Assembly (NCBI GenBank): GCA_977017645.1
Contig: OZ360240.1
Span: 6,014,001 to 6,078,000 of the forward strand
DNA: 64,000 nt
Reading direction: 5' to 3'
Source: Torpedo marmorata
Lineage: Eukaryota
A program made the translations under genes and the position numbers. This document shows, piece after piece, positions 1-12,400 of the stretch (its first letter is position 1; every line of letters begins with the position of its first letter). The notes below the pieces were generated by a model. That model had not been told where the DNA came from. It made no database searches and worked only from the letters and a program-made list of their open reading frames with translations.

Positions 1-184
1 TGGCAGGGGGGTGGGAATCAGAATGAGAATGCGGAGATTAGAGTAGATTTGAAGGAAGAGAGGAACCAGAATGTTAAAGTTAATGAAGGAGAGGGTAATC
101 AAAGGAGTGTATGTGGGGGACATTCTCTCAAGTGTATACATTTCAATGCAAGGAGCATTGTAAGAAAGGTGGATGAGCTTAGAG
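1..184 (+). mobile_element. CR1 LINE fragment (start of ORF2 APE endonuclease)
   Basis: SLKCIHFNARSIVRKVDELR, nearly identical to the CR1 ORF2 start within 61955..62149; cut off by a Penelope copy. Confidence 0.75.
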
Positions 185-1001
185 TAAAAAACACAAATGC
201 TGGAGAAGTTCAGCAGGTCAAACAGTGTATTTTATGTAGCAAAGGTAGAAATACATAACCGACGTTTCGGGCTTGAGCCCTTCATCAAAGTATGAGAAAA
301 TACCGGCAGGCGTCCGAACAAAAGAGTGAGGGGGGGAAGGGGGGGATGGCAAAGGCAGGAGATGATAGGTAGAGAAAGGAGGGAGGGGACAGCAGCAAAG
401 AGGGGGAGGAGGGATGGCTGGGTGGGTGGAAAAAAACTGGAAGGACAGGTAAGGGGGGAGGGGAAGGAAAAGGCAAACAGGTTTAGTGGAAAGCAGAAAA
501 GTCAATGTTAATGCCATCTGGCTGGAGAGTGCCCAGACAGAAAATAAGATGTTGTTCCTCCAATTTGCGGGTAGTCTGGGTGGGATAGTACATAAGGCTA
601 TGGACAGACATGTGAGTGTGGGAGTGTGTCTCGGAATTGAAATGGTTGGCTACTGGGAGGTTTGTTGCGGACGGAGAGGAGGTGCTCAGCGAAGCGATCT
701 CCCAATCTACAACCGGTCTCTCTGGTGTAGAGAATGCCACAAAGGGAGCACCGGATGCAGTTCTCTGGATGTACAAGTGCAGCTTCACTTGAAAGGCCTG
801 GTTTGGGCCCTGGACTGTGGTGAGGGGGGAGGTGTGGGCGCAGGTGTTGCACCTCCTGCGGGCACAGGGGAAGGTGCCGGGGGTGCGATGGGTGGGGAGG
901 GATGAGTGCACGAGGGAATCGCGGAGGGAGCGGTCCCTACGGAAGGCCGAGAGGGGAGGAGAAGGAAAAATGTGTCTGGTGGTGGGATCCTGTAGTAAAT
1001 G
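185..1001 (-). mobile_element. Penelope-like element, 5'-truncated (GIY-YIG end + 3' UTR)
   Basis: Highly similar to 6545..7377; ORF 483..911 ends EEQHLIFCLGTLQPDGINIDF. Confidence 0.92.
254..294 (-). ncRNA. Minimal type I hammerhead ribozyme motif (C3U variant) in the Penelope 3' end
   Basis: CAUACU-UUGAUGA-A-GGGC-UCAA-GCCC-GAAACGUC-GGUUAUG: core, helix II, palindromic ACGU helix III and a bulged helix I. Confidence 0.75.
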
Positions 1002-2040
1002 TTCCCTGTAAACTCACAGAGTTCAATGGAACATGCATCATTCAATTGTGTAACATCTTAACAAAAATAACTGCAAATGCTTGGAGATTTAATATGAATA
1101 ACATCCAATAGTTCAAAAAATCTGCTACTCTGGCACCAAAATCCCGAGGTGCTGGATAAATAGAAATGGGTACATTTTCCAGCTTTTAAGATAAAGCAAT
1201 TGTAAAAGCCACAATTGAAGGACCACTATGTATAATCACATCAGTTGTCTTCTTGAATATTTTCAATCCTTCTTGCAGTGCACATCATAGATCTAGGAGG
1301 TGCTGACCAAGTGGCCTAGTAGAGTAGTTGCAGTATTGATGGGCATTGTACATCAATGGTGAAAGAAATTAAACTTTGGGAAGGTGGATACTATACCAAT
1401 TCAGTGAGCAGTTTTATTATGGATATTGTCGATATTCTTGTGTTGATGGAATGGCATCTTACAAATGATGTAGAGCAAGGATGCAAGTCTTCAGTCAGAA
1501 GAAACCCAGTATCTGACCTGCCCTTGCAGCAATTGTTTTTGTGATGGATCGATCCAGTTCAGTTGCGAGGTTAAGTTGATACCATCCTTAAGAGTAACAT
1601 ACTGAGATTTGATACTAAGAATTGGTGCACAGCTGATTTGGAAACTGACCTTATTGACAAAATGAGCATCTTTATACCAAGACTTATTTTAGTTGAAACC
1701 TTCTCTGATATCTCTACATCTCTCATTTTGCATGGTATGGCAAAAAAACGAAGACAGAGATTATCTACTGAAATCTAAAATTCCAACGTCAATCGTAACA
1801 TCCGTGGATGACTGGTGATCCTTTCCCCACCTCTGACAATTCAATCCTAGTTTTTCAAATCTAAATTGTTTACCTTGTGAATAAACTCAGCAATCAAATA
1901 TTTATAGCTCCATAACTAAAATGACCATTTTTTAATTGAAATTAAAAGTTCTACAGTTGTGAAGAAATCAATTACTTTCAGTAATAATCCCTACTATTCA
2001 CAGACTACCTCGTTCAAAAACCATTGGTCAAAGGTCTGAG

Positions 2041-2820
2041 GTTACTTTTCTTGTCATGTATAATACATTAAAAATGTAATACAAATTATATACTTCAAAT
2101 TTTGTCTGCCGTAAGGCAAACAAAGTCGTGAGCATTGCACAGCGCCCTAACAATAGAAGCAAAAGAGAGTTCCTTCAGAGACACTCAGTGTTCATGGATT
2201 TGCCTCCTGTGCTCCCGCAGCCTCTGCAGCCGCACAGACTTCAGTTCAAACCATCGGCAAACTGAGCTCCAGATCCAAACCTCCAATACGATCAGGAGGA
2301 CTTCAGCGCCCGAGGCCCTTCGGGAGCCCTTCTTGCCCTCAGCACCCTCTCGAGTCCCTGTCCCGTGAACCAGTCTCCAGCTGACCGCAGCCCGTGTGGG
2401 CCCTTCGACTGCAAGTCGCCAACCGCCCAGAGTCCGCATAGGTCTTTCAGCCGCTGAGCCCCTCGCTGGTCTGCTGCCATGGTCCCTGATATGGAGGATC
2501 GTCTCCTATGCTTCTTCTCAACAGGGGAGGGGGGGGGTGTCCTCCCCATTTCTGGTGCCCTGCACAAGTCCGCTACTCCCCTGGAGTCTGCAACCCCTGG
2601 TATTCTGCCTAGCATAGGCGCTGCCATATTGGGCACAGACCCTGGGTTTGTAGGATTTAAAAAACACCGTCAGCTCCTTTAACGGGTCGTTTAAAGCCTG
2701 TACGGAGCTGTTGGCATTGGTAGAACTCTGTGGAGCAGTGCTGCGTCTCCGCTGCATGGTCTCCCGGGTCCGCACCAGCAGCAGCGCTGCCATTACAGCA
2801 GCTCTGGCAGCGCTGGCATT
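2041..2820 (-). mobile_element. Non-autonomous retroposon with a GC-rich body and a 3' tail shared with the 5S-SINE
   Basis: 2041..2150 aligns with the SINE tail at 5230..5345 (ttttgtctRccgtaaggca...cagcgccc); GC-rich non-coding body in AT-rich surroundings. Confidence 0.55.
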
Positions 2821-3034
2821 TTTTTCTGCTACCTAAATGCTTGTTAGCAGGTAAATACAAAACCTCACTGGTCAAACTACAAACAAACATCAAACCATTC
2901 TCATCACAAAGGGAATCAAACTACATAGTGCAAGACATTGAAACTTAAATCATTTGTTTTAAACATTCAAGTTGGGAACATAAACAAATTATTTTGTTTT
3001 AGTCATTATTCTTGGAATTTAATCAGATACTCAC

Positions 3035-3143
3035 AGATCATAATGCTGATTCCACTTTGGGTCGAGGGTATTCTTTACTGTGTCTGTAGAATGGCACTGG
3101 CCTGACCCATCCACCACTATTTTTGCAAAGGGATCAGGGAGTC
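3035..3143 (-). CDS. SMURF1: SMURF-family E3 ligase, coding exon 3 (C2 domain, RLPDPFAKIVVDGSGQCHSTDTVKNTLDPKWNQHYDL)
   Basis: Minus strand: cttgtttccattcag|GACTCCCTGAT...TATGATCT|gtgagt. 109 nt; the peptide matches the vertebrate SMURF1/2 C2 sequence as I recall it. Downstream exons lie left of the window. Confidence 0.93.
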
Positions 3144-3786
3144 CTGAATGGAAACAAGATGTTATTATTTTTTGAGATAATATCAGACCTTGGTTTCCTC
3201 GTAGAAAATGTTTACAACAAAAATGTAGAATTGCTTATTCTTAGAATTAATAATGCTGCGTACAAATTACACTATTTTCTACAGAATTTTCGATTTCCAA
3301 TTCTCAACCCAACAAATGAAGATATTTCACCTTCCTCTCCAAAATGCATTTACTCATATGGCAGGGCACAGCATCAGATGACTGTAGCTGATAATAATTT
3401 TGAGGAACACCTATCATTTGAAGTGTCTTAATCTCTTCACTGTAAACGTGCTCATTGACAAGTGTGTGCTTCTGCCACTTGCTGCTTTCATTTCTGGTAC
3501 AAGTGTTTTGTTTTTCACCATTGAACCAAACCAGAGGCAATTGGCAGTAGTTTGATACAACGCTATTGCACATGGGCAATATGAAATAGCTCAATAGCAA
3601 AGTCAACAAAATATTAAGACAATTATAAAGTACAGTTCCCTGCATAACAAAGGCAATCTGCAGAACAAGGAATATTGGTGAAGAATAAATGAGCAAATTC
3701 CACCAGAATGGTCAAATTAAGGAGTCTTTATTCAGGCGGAAAATACAATTAATTTGTTCATAATATAATTGAACTCTATTCTAAGA

Positions 3787-3886
3787 TAAAAACAGAAAAT
3801 GATGAAAACACTTAGCAGGTTAGTCAGCATTTGCACAAAGAGAAACAGAGTTAGCATTTCAGGATAAACGTCCTTGCGTCAGAACT
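3787..3886 (-). mobile_element. Old Penelope-type 3' end with a decayed hammerhead
   Basis: Minus strand AGTT-CTGACGCA-AGGA..TCCT-GAAATGCT-AACT followed by ctgactaacctgctaagtgttttc. Confidence 0.5.
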
Positions 3887-4848
3887 TTTCTATGCCCACC
3901 TTACCCATCTCAGCTGGAGAAGAGTGTATATGGGCTGGGCAGTTTTAAATTTGGATTTGGGGAAGTGAAAGGAGAGGAAGAAAAATAATTCAGACAAGAA
4001 TTTGTTCTCAGGTAACCAATAGCAACACCTTAGTCGAAGTAGTCTTAACAGTTTGCAACCCTGAAGAAAGAGGCAAGCTATATAGAAAGATGTACATGAA
4101 ATGCTGGTAAATTGAATTAGTATAAATAGTTACTTTAAGGTTGGCATGGATCTGGTGGGACCAAAGACATGTTTCTGTGCTGAATGACTGTATGCTAATG
4201 ATTTCTACTAGTAAGGATTATATCTCAAGTATTTCTCATTCCAACATCAATAACGATTATAATTCACATAGTAAAAAAACCAGTTCAAACTTTTCAACCA
4301 GACCATATTCACATCAGACCATTTAATTTTTTTACAATGTACTTCTCCAAAAAAACATTAATACTACAGTTAAAGTACGTTAAAAAGTCCATGGGTAACA
4401 GCAATTTTTTTTTGGTATACAAATGAGTTACGTGGACTAAGACCCAAACTCAATCCTTAGTTTGTACTGAATAGAGGACATCAACTGACAAATTAATGGT
4501 ACATCAATCTCCACTGTCCTTGAACTAGAGATGGATACAGGAAGCAAAGCATTAACAGCGGACTCCTGCTGTAAATGAGTATGAATTGTGAGTGAGGACA
4601 ACATGGGTGCTTGGATACACAACACAGTCAATTTTCTTTATCGAAGTTCCTATGTGAATATTAATTAGGGTGCACTGTGGGGTCTTGCCAGGACCTTGAG
4701 AATAATCAGGGGTTGCTTATGGTAAACAAATAATGGTGAAAGTGATGGTATGGGGTCAGATGGTGCAAATAAGAGCAGTAAGGGAGACAGAAATCAAAAC
4801 ACAGCCAGCTGAATAATGGAGTTATTCCATTGATTAATTAAAATAATA

Positions 4849-5218
4849 CAGTAAAACCTGAATAATCCAACATCCGATTATTCAGAGATCCTGCTGGTTC
4901 AGTATCCAACTCGCTCATTAATCCAGAATGGAAGCCAACAGCCCCGAATGCAATCAGGGAGCTTGGCTAGACTGTTGGGGACTGGAACACTCGGGATCAG
5001 GAGTAGGTTTATGTCGACACATAGATCCCATGGTGTTTTAGTATTTCCCACTCCCTTTAAACTCACAGGATTCTCTGGAAAATTTATTACACGACTGTGA
5101 AATTTACAAAAGATTAAATAAAAGTGTATTAATGGAAGCAACACCTAATAGCTCAGAAAATCTACTAGTCCAGCACTTCTAATGTCCAATGGGTGCCAAA
5201 TTATCTAAATTTTGTCAT
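4849..5218. mobile_element. Decayed TA-flanked Tigger/pogo-like MITE
   Basis: TA-CAGTAAAACC left end resembling the MITE at 24835; the right end is degenerate. Confidence 0.35.
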
Positions 5219-5220
5219 GT

Positions 5221-5460
5221 AAGGTAAAGGTTCCATTATTGTCACGTAACACTACATTTATAATGTAACATACATGAAATTCTTTAATTTTTGTCTACCG
5301 TAAGGCAGACAGAGTCGCTACTTTGTCCAGCGCCCCTCACAGAAACCTACAGCAATCTGGTGTTCCTAGGCGGTCTCCCCTCCAAGTACTGACCAGTCCT
5401 GTGCCTGCTTAGCTTCCGAGATCAGACAATCCCAGTCGTATACAGGCTATTGGTGCTGTA
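5221..5460 (-). mobile_element. 5S rRNA-derived SINE (SINE3)
   Basis: Minus strand GTCTGATCTCGGAAGCTAAGCAGG...AGTACTTGGAGGGGAGACCGCCT (5S A and C boxes), then a ~120-nt tail ending GACAATAATGGAACCTTTACCTT. Confidence 0.88.
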
Positions 5461-5742
5461 ATATCAGAACAGCTTTGAAATATTAATATCAGAACAGCTT
5501 TGAAATACCAATCCAAATAAGTTCTTGTAAAATTGCAATATCATACCTCAGAACGCAATCTACAAATACCGTAATACGACAAATTGGACAGATTTCTGAC
5601 AATTATTTTAGAAATCTACTTTATTCATTCGAATGCTCTGCAAAATATTTTTGAACTGATTATCCAACAGCTTCTTTTATTTTTACTGTTATTAATGTTG
5701 CTAAGACAGTTTTGTCTGGTGATATCCAGCTAGAATACTTAC

Positions 5743-5781
5743 TGAAGAAGTCTTTCTTCACCAAGTTCTTCGCACATAACA
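5743..5781 (-). CDS. SMURF1: SMURF-family HECT E3 ubiquitin ligase, coding exon 2 (C2 domain, VLCAKNLVKKDFF)
   Basis: Minus strand: ttttctcctttctatttctag|TGTTATGTGCGAAGAACTTGGTGAAGAAAGACTTCTTCA|gtaagt. 39 nt, canonical splice sites, phase 1/1, joins the next exon in frame. The paralogue call is tentative: LVKK is SMURF2-like, while AKIVV and the split A|GA Arg codon are SMURF1-like. Confidence 0.9.
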
Positions 5782-6613
5782 CTAGAAATAGAAAGGAGAA
5801 AAATTATTTAACTTCTGAAACAATTCTGCACCTTACAAAAATAGTCAAGCATTTAGATTAATGATTTAAACAACAGAATTTATAAGGTAATTAAACTAAA
5901 GATTTGGAGAAAGCTACACATGTTATGTGAAACTATAGGGAAAAAAAAGTATTTCGAATGTCATAGAAATGGATAAAATTATGTTGCTGATTAAAATCAA
6001 GCTCTAAAATCAAGCTGAATTTATCCCAAATTGAATCATCATTAGATCAACATGGCAAACTACTGCAAAGTAAGCTACACATCATGTTTCCCATTGCAAA
6101 AAATTGAATGATCTACAAATTTGCTGATGACAGCACGGTTGTTGGCAGAATCACAGACGGTAATGAGGAAGCATACAGGAGTGAGATAGATCAGCTGGTT
6201 GTGTGGTGTCACAACAACAACCTTCCATTCAATGTTAGCAAAACCAAGGAATTGATTGTAGACTTCAGGAGAGGGAAATTAGGAGAACACGAGCCAGTCC
6301 TCATCAACGGGTCAGCACCGGAAAGGGTTAAGAACTTCAATGTCCTGGCTGTCAACATCTCTGAAGATCTGTCCTGGGGCCTCAATGTTGATGCAATCAC
6401 GAAGAAGGCTCGCCAGTGGCTATACTTCACAAGTAGTTTGAGGAGTATGTCACCAAGACCCTTGCAAATTTCTACAAGTGTACTGTGGAGAGCATTCTGA
6501 CTGGTTGTAAAACACGAAAATCTGTAGACACCGTGGTTGAAGTAAAAAACACACAAATGCTGGAGAAACTCAGCAGGTCAAACAGTGTCTATTATGTAGC
6601 AAAGGTAGAAATA

Positions 6614-6654
6614 CATAACCGACGTTTCGGGCTTGAGCCCTTCATCAAAGTATG
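6614..6654 (-). ncRNA. Minimal hammerhead ribozyme motif, copy 2
   Basis: Identical to 254..294. Confidence 0.75.
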
Positions 6655-6839
6655 AGAAAATGCCGGCAGGCGTCCGAACAAAAGAGTGAGGGGGAAGGGG
6701 AGGTGGCAAAGGCAGGAGATGATAGGTGGAGAAAGGAGGGAGGAGACAGCAGCAAAGAGGTGGAGGAGGGATGGCTGGGTAGGTGGAGAAAAGCAGGAAG
6801 GATTGGTGAGGGGGGAGGGGAAGGGAACGACAAGCAGGT

Positions 6840-8364
6840 TTAGTGGAAAGCAGAAAAGTCAATGTTAATGCCATCTGGCTGGAGAGTGCCGAGACGGAAT
6901 ATGAGATGTTGTTCCTCCAATTTGCGGGTAGTCTGGGTGGGATAGTACATAAGGCCATGGACAGACATGTGAGTGTGGGAGTGTGACCCGGAATTGAAAT
7001 GGTTGGCTACTGGGAAGTCGCTGTTGTTGCGGACGGAGAGGAGGTGCTCAGCAAAGCGGTCTCCCAATCTACGACCGGTCTCTCCGATGTAGAGAAAGCC
7101 ACAAAGGGAGCACCTGATGCAGTAAATAAGTTCTCTGGATGTACAATTGAAGTGTAGTTTCACTTGGAAGGCCTGTTTGGGGCCCTGGACCGTGGTGAGG
7201 GGGGAGGTGTGGGCGCAGGTGTTGCACCTCCTGCGGGCACAGGGGAAGGTGCCAGGGGTGCGATGGGTGGGGAGGGATGAGTGCACGAGTGAATCGCAAA
7301 GGGAGCGGTCCCTACAGAAGGCCGAGAGGGGAGGAGAAGGAAAAATGTGTCTGGTGGTGGGATCCTGTAGTAAATGCCGGAAATTCCAGCGGATAATGTG
7401 TTGGATGCGGAGGCTGGTGGGGTGGTAGGTGAGGATGAGGGGGATTCTATGTTTGTTGTGTCTGGGGGCAGAGGGGGCCAGGGCAGATGAGCGGGAAATG
7501 GAGGAGATGCGGGTGAGGGCTGAGTTGATGGTGGTGGAGGGGAAGCCACGTTTGTGGAAAAAGGCAGACATTTCAGAAGATCTGGACTGGAAGACCTCAT
7601 CTTGGGAACAGATGCGGCGGAGACGGAGAAATTGAGAGAAGGGGATGGAATCCTTGCAGGGGACAGGGTGTGAGGAAGTGTAGTCCAGATAGTTGTGGGA
7701 GTTGGAGGGTTTGTAGTAAATGTCGGTGGAAAGCTTGTCTCCCGAGATGGAGACAGAGAGATCCAGGAAGGGGAGAGTGTTATCGGAGATGGACCAGGTG
7801 ACTTTAAGATCGGGGTGGAAGTTGAACGTGAAGTGGATGAAGTTGACAAGCTCATCACGGGTGCATGAGGCAGCCCCGATGTAGTCGTCGATATACTGGA
7901 GGAAGAGTTGAGGGGTCTTGCCTGTGTAGGCTTGCAGCATGGATTGCACCACAAAGCCCACAAACAGGCAGGCGTAGCTGGGACCCATGCGGGTACCCAT
8001 GGCTACTCCTTTGATTTGGAGGAAGTGGGATGAGTTAAAGGAGAAGTTATTGAGAGTGAGGACAAGTTCTGCCAGGTGGAGGAGGATGGTGGTAGAGGGT
8101 GACTGGTCGGGTCTTTGGTCCCGGAAGAAGCGAAGTGCTTTCAGACCTTCTGTGTGGGGGATAGAGGTATAAAGGGATTGGACATCCATAGTGAAGATGA
8201 TGCAGTTCGGTTCAGGGAATCTGGTCATTGAGGAGATGGAGGGCATGTGAGGTGTTGCGGATGTAGGTGGGGAGGGATTGGACCAGGGGAAAAAGATGGA
8301 GTCAAGGTAAGATGAAACTAGTTTGGTGGGGCAGGAGCAGGCAGAAACAATGGGTCTGCCCGGA
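6840..8364 (-). CDS. Penelope RT/GIY-YIG endonuclease ORF (partial; apparent frameshift near its 5' end)
   Basis: DVQSLYTSI, GVAMGTRMGPSYACLF, YIDD, LIYCIRC..YIGETGRRLGDRFAEH. Confidence 0.9.
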
Positions 8365-8850
8365 TGGTTGCATAACTGTCTGGTATGGAAGTGCGAATGC
8401 ACAGGACAGGAAAAGACGACAGAGAGTTGTGAACTCGGCTAACACTATCAGGGGCATCAGTCTTCACTCCATCGAGGACATCTACTAGAGGCAGTGTCTG
8501 AAGAAAGCAGCCTCTATCCTCAAGGACCCTCATCACCAAGGCCATGGCCTCTTCTCACTGCTACCATCAGGAAGGAGATATAGGAGCCTGAAGATGAATA
8601 CCCAGCGGTACAAAAACAGCTTCACCCCCTCTGCCATCAGATCTTTGAATGGACAATGAACCAGCAGTTTCTCTGCTTTTTGCACCAATTTATTTATTTT
8701 TAAATGTAATTTATAGCAATACTTGCACCTATAACACTGCCGCAAAACAACGAATTTTGTGACATAATCATGACAACAAATTCTGATTCTTTTGATTTAC
8801 AATTTGCCACAATGGTGTATTCAATTAATCTTGACAATCTTACTTAAAAG

Positions 8851-9006
8851 TGTAATGTATTCTAGGCTTAGATATACACAAGCACACGGAGACGTGGTGC
8901 TTCATTCATTCTTTATTACTAAACTAAAGATGGTTTCCCGCGCCACATTATATATGTGCGTCACGACGTCATACGCGGCGTACCAAGCCTGCGTGTATCC
9001 ATAACA
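8851..9006 (-). repeat. 3' LTR of Gypsy-1
   Basis: 156 bp, TG...CA, adjacent to the polypurine tract. Confidence 0.95.
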
Positions 9007-9106
9007 CACTTTCCCCCCCACAGAATATATGCGATTAAACATGCCCATGTAACAAGTATGTTAAACTACAGTGACTAAAGAGTATTATGATGGAACTACG
9101 ACTAGA

Positions 9107-9107
<1 letters not shown>

Positions 9108-9136
<29 letters not shown>
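9108..9136. repeat. (TA)n microsatellite
   Basis: Seen directly, in the Gypsy-1 3' UTR. Confidence 0.9.
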
Positions 9137-9142
<6 letters not shown>

Positions 9143-9428
9143 TTCGTAATGTAATAACATGTCAAGTGGCCCAGCCATGGTACATAGTCACTCAGACGTT
9201 CCGGAGGGCGTAGTTGCCTTTGTGATCTTCTTGGCGGGGCTACCGAGTCCGTCGGGACCCCTGGACTCTGCCTTCTCGGGACAATTTGCTTTTTCTGGAC
9301 TCTTTGCCTTCACGGGACTCTTTGCTTTCTCGGGGAAGACCTCCTCCTCGGGTCGCTTGGATTGGGAGCTTGGTTTTCGATGAGCATTATTTCAGCCTTG
9401 GGTTGGACTGCTTCCCCGTCTCTCTCGA

Positions 9429-12400
9429 TCAGTATCCTTTGGTGATATTAGCAGGGATGTCGTCGTTGACCAAAACTGGAAAACCTTGGGGCTCGTCTGT
9501 TGGTAATGTCATCATTGGATCTTCTACTGCTCTCAATTGGTCAATGTGTCGCTTCCATATGTCAGTTCCCACTTGTATGGAATACGAACAGTGGCTTAGT
9601 TTCTTAACGATAACGCCCCTTACCAAAGTTTCTTTATTATCTCTGTAATCTCGTACCAACACTCTTTCTCCCACTTCTAGTGATCTGGTCGGCCTAGTTG
9701 GAGAAGTGGATTGTTCGATACGAAGGCCGTTGTCTGGGTGTACTGCAGAGAGGCGTTTTCTTAAGTTGCGTCCAAACATCAATTCTGCTGGTGTTCTTTT
9801 TGTTGTTGAGTGAGGTGTATTTCTGTATCCTGCGAGAAAGTTAGCGATTTTGTGATTCCAAGAAATGTTTTGCGATTTGCAAGCTTTCAGGGCTCTTTTA
9901 AATGTCCGTACAAAATTCTCAGCTTCTCCATTAGTGCTTGGGTGGTATGGTGCTGAGAACACATGCCGTATACCGTTGTTACGCAGAAACATTTTTAAAA
10001 GCATCTGATACAAACTGAGGTCCATTATCTGAGACCAGTTCCATTGGTAAACCATATGACGCAAACATATTTCGCTGTCTTTCAATTGTTTGAATTGTTG
10101 TTGTTGTACACATGTGTGATACCACTGGCCATTTCGAGTGTGTGTCGACAACAATAAAGAAATTTTCCCCCATGAGTGGACCTGCGAAATCCACATGAAT
10201 TCTGTGCCATGGTCGTGACGGCCATTTCCATGGGTTAGCTTCGGCTTGTGGTGCTTTGGGTTGCATTTCTTGACAAGTGCCACACCTTCGTACGGTTTGT
10301 TCGATATCAATGTCCATTGATGGCCACCAAACATGCATTCGTGCCAAAGCTTTCATTCGGACCATTTCAGGATGATTGTCGTGTAGTTTTGCTAGCATGT
10401 CCTTTTGCCATTTTTTTGGAATAATCGTTCTGGCACCCCACAAGAAACAACCTTCTTCGATAGTTATTTCATTATGTCGTGTATAGTAAGGTTTAAGGTC
10501 TAGAGAAACAGCGTCCCCTTCGGGCCATCCATTCAATGTGAAGTAAAAGACTTTTGCCAGTGTCAGTTCGTTTCTTACTTCTTTGCTGATTATTTTCGCT
10601 GTAATGGGTAGGTGGCGAAGTTGTTCTTGGTTAACAGCTGTTGCTTCTGCTGTCCAGTGGATTATCTCTTCTGTCTGTTCAGTTTCAGGTAGGGGCAAAC
10701 GTGATAAAGCATCGGCATGTTCGTTTTGTTTTGCTGGTTTATGTTTCAAATCATAATCATAAGCGGCGAGCATCATGGCCCATCTTTGGATTCTTGTCAC
10801 CGCTAGTACCGGAATGCCCTTTTTAGGACCTAAGATCAAACTCAGTGGTTTGTTGTCGGTCACTAAGGTAAACCTCCTACCATACAAGTACTGGTGAAAT
10901 CTTTTGATTCCGAATATTATGGCCAGTCGCTCTTTTTCGAGTTGTGCATAATTGTGTTCACAAGCTGTCAATGACCGTGATGCATAAGCCACTGGTTGTT
11001 CTCCTTTTTCTGTGATTTGCGACAATACTGCCCCTAAACCCACTGGTGAGGCATCCACTGCTAAAGTCACCTCTTTGTTCGGGTCATAGTGGACGAGCAC
11101 ATTATTGCTTGAGGTTAATAGTTTCTTTAAACGGTTGAACGCGTCATTTGTTTTGGTATTCCAGCACCATTTCTGGTCTTTTCTTAGCAACTGGTTCAGT
11201 GGGTTGCACAGCGTGGACACGTTTGGGATGTGTTTCCGATAATGATTGACTAAACCTAAGAACGATTGTAGTTCTGCTCTGTTTGTTGGGCAGGGTGCTC
11301 TGCGGGCGGCTTCAGTACCTGTCGTATCCATTTGTACTCCTTCACTATTAATTGTAAATCCCAAATACGTTACGGAGGGTACCATAAATACACATTTGTC
11401 TTGGCGCAGCAGGACATCCGCTTGTTGTAGTTGGGTTAAGACTCTTTCTAGGTTCAATAGGTGCTCTGCGTCGTCCCGCACTGTAATAATGATATCATCC
11501 AGGTAGCACCCTACATTTATACCGTGCAGTAATTTGTCCATAACTGCTTGAAAAATTGCAGGAGCTGCTGATATTCCATATGGCATTCTTGTATATGTGA
11601 ATAACCCCAGGTGGGTATTGATTGCCACATATTTCTTTGATGCTTCATCCAATTTAACTTGTTGATACGCTTGAGATAAATCCAGCTTCGTGAACTTTTT
11701 CCCACCATTTAGGGATTGGAATAACTCCTCCGCTCTAGGCATGGGATCTTCAGGTATCAGAATCAGAATTTATTGTCATGAACAAGTCATGAAATTCGGT
11801 ATTTTGCGGCAGCATTATACTGCAATTAACATTCATATTATAACCATCTTACGACATTACTATAAAAAATATATAAATAATAGTGCACGAAAAGTAAGGC
11901 AGTGTCTTTGGTTCATTGATTATTCAGGAATCTAATGGCAGCGGGGAAGAAGCTGTCCTTGTGCCGTTGAGTGCTCGTCTTTAGGCTCCTGTACCTTTAT
12001 CCCAATGGTAGCAGAATGAAGAGGGCATGGCCTGGGTGGTGGGGGTCTTTGAGGATAGAGGCTGCTCTTTTAAGACACCGCCTCATGTAGATATCCTCGA
12101 TGGAGTGAAGTCTGGTGCCTGTGATGTCACAGGCCGATTTAACAACCCTCGAGTTTATTCTTGTCCTGAGAGTTGGCGCCTCCATACCAGGCAGTGATGC
12201 AACCAGCCAGAATGCTCTCCACGATACACCTGTAGAAGTTTACGAGACATACAGAATCTCCTCAGACACCTTACAAAGTATAGCCGCTGGTGAGCCTTCT
12301 TTGTGATTGCATCAACGTGGAGGCTCCAGGACAGATCCTCGGAGAAGTTGACACCCAGAAATTTGAAGTTCTTGACCCTCTCCACTACTGAGCCCTCGAT

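Larger units (their letters stand above)
6508..8364 (-). mobile_element. Penelope-like element, 5'-truncated, RT + GIY-YIG
   Basis: Inserted into Rex1 with TGGTTG at both junctions (6502..6507 and 8365..8370). Confidence 0.95.
6107..8790 (+). mobile_element. Rex1/Babar-type LINE 3' fragment split by a Penelope insertion (6107..6507 and 8365..8790)
   Basis: IYKFADD RT motif; the sequence resumes after the insertion; ends with an ATTCTG-type tail. Confidence 0.88.

Noticed and set aside
1874-1915. 42-nt AG...GT-bounded segment on minus reading LWSYKYLIAEFIHK
   Set aside because: It is not the expected next SMURF exon (YxGK..SITISVW), and in the phase left by exon 3 it hits a TGA.
5345-5460. 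5S rRNA gene
   Set aside because: Diverged 5' end, no T-run terminator, and fused to a retroposon tail in both copies; it is a SINE.
5459-5507. 24-bp tandem duplication beside the SINE
   Set aside because: Both copies are on one side of the element, so it is not a TSD; a simple local duplication.
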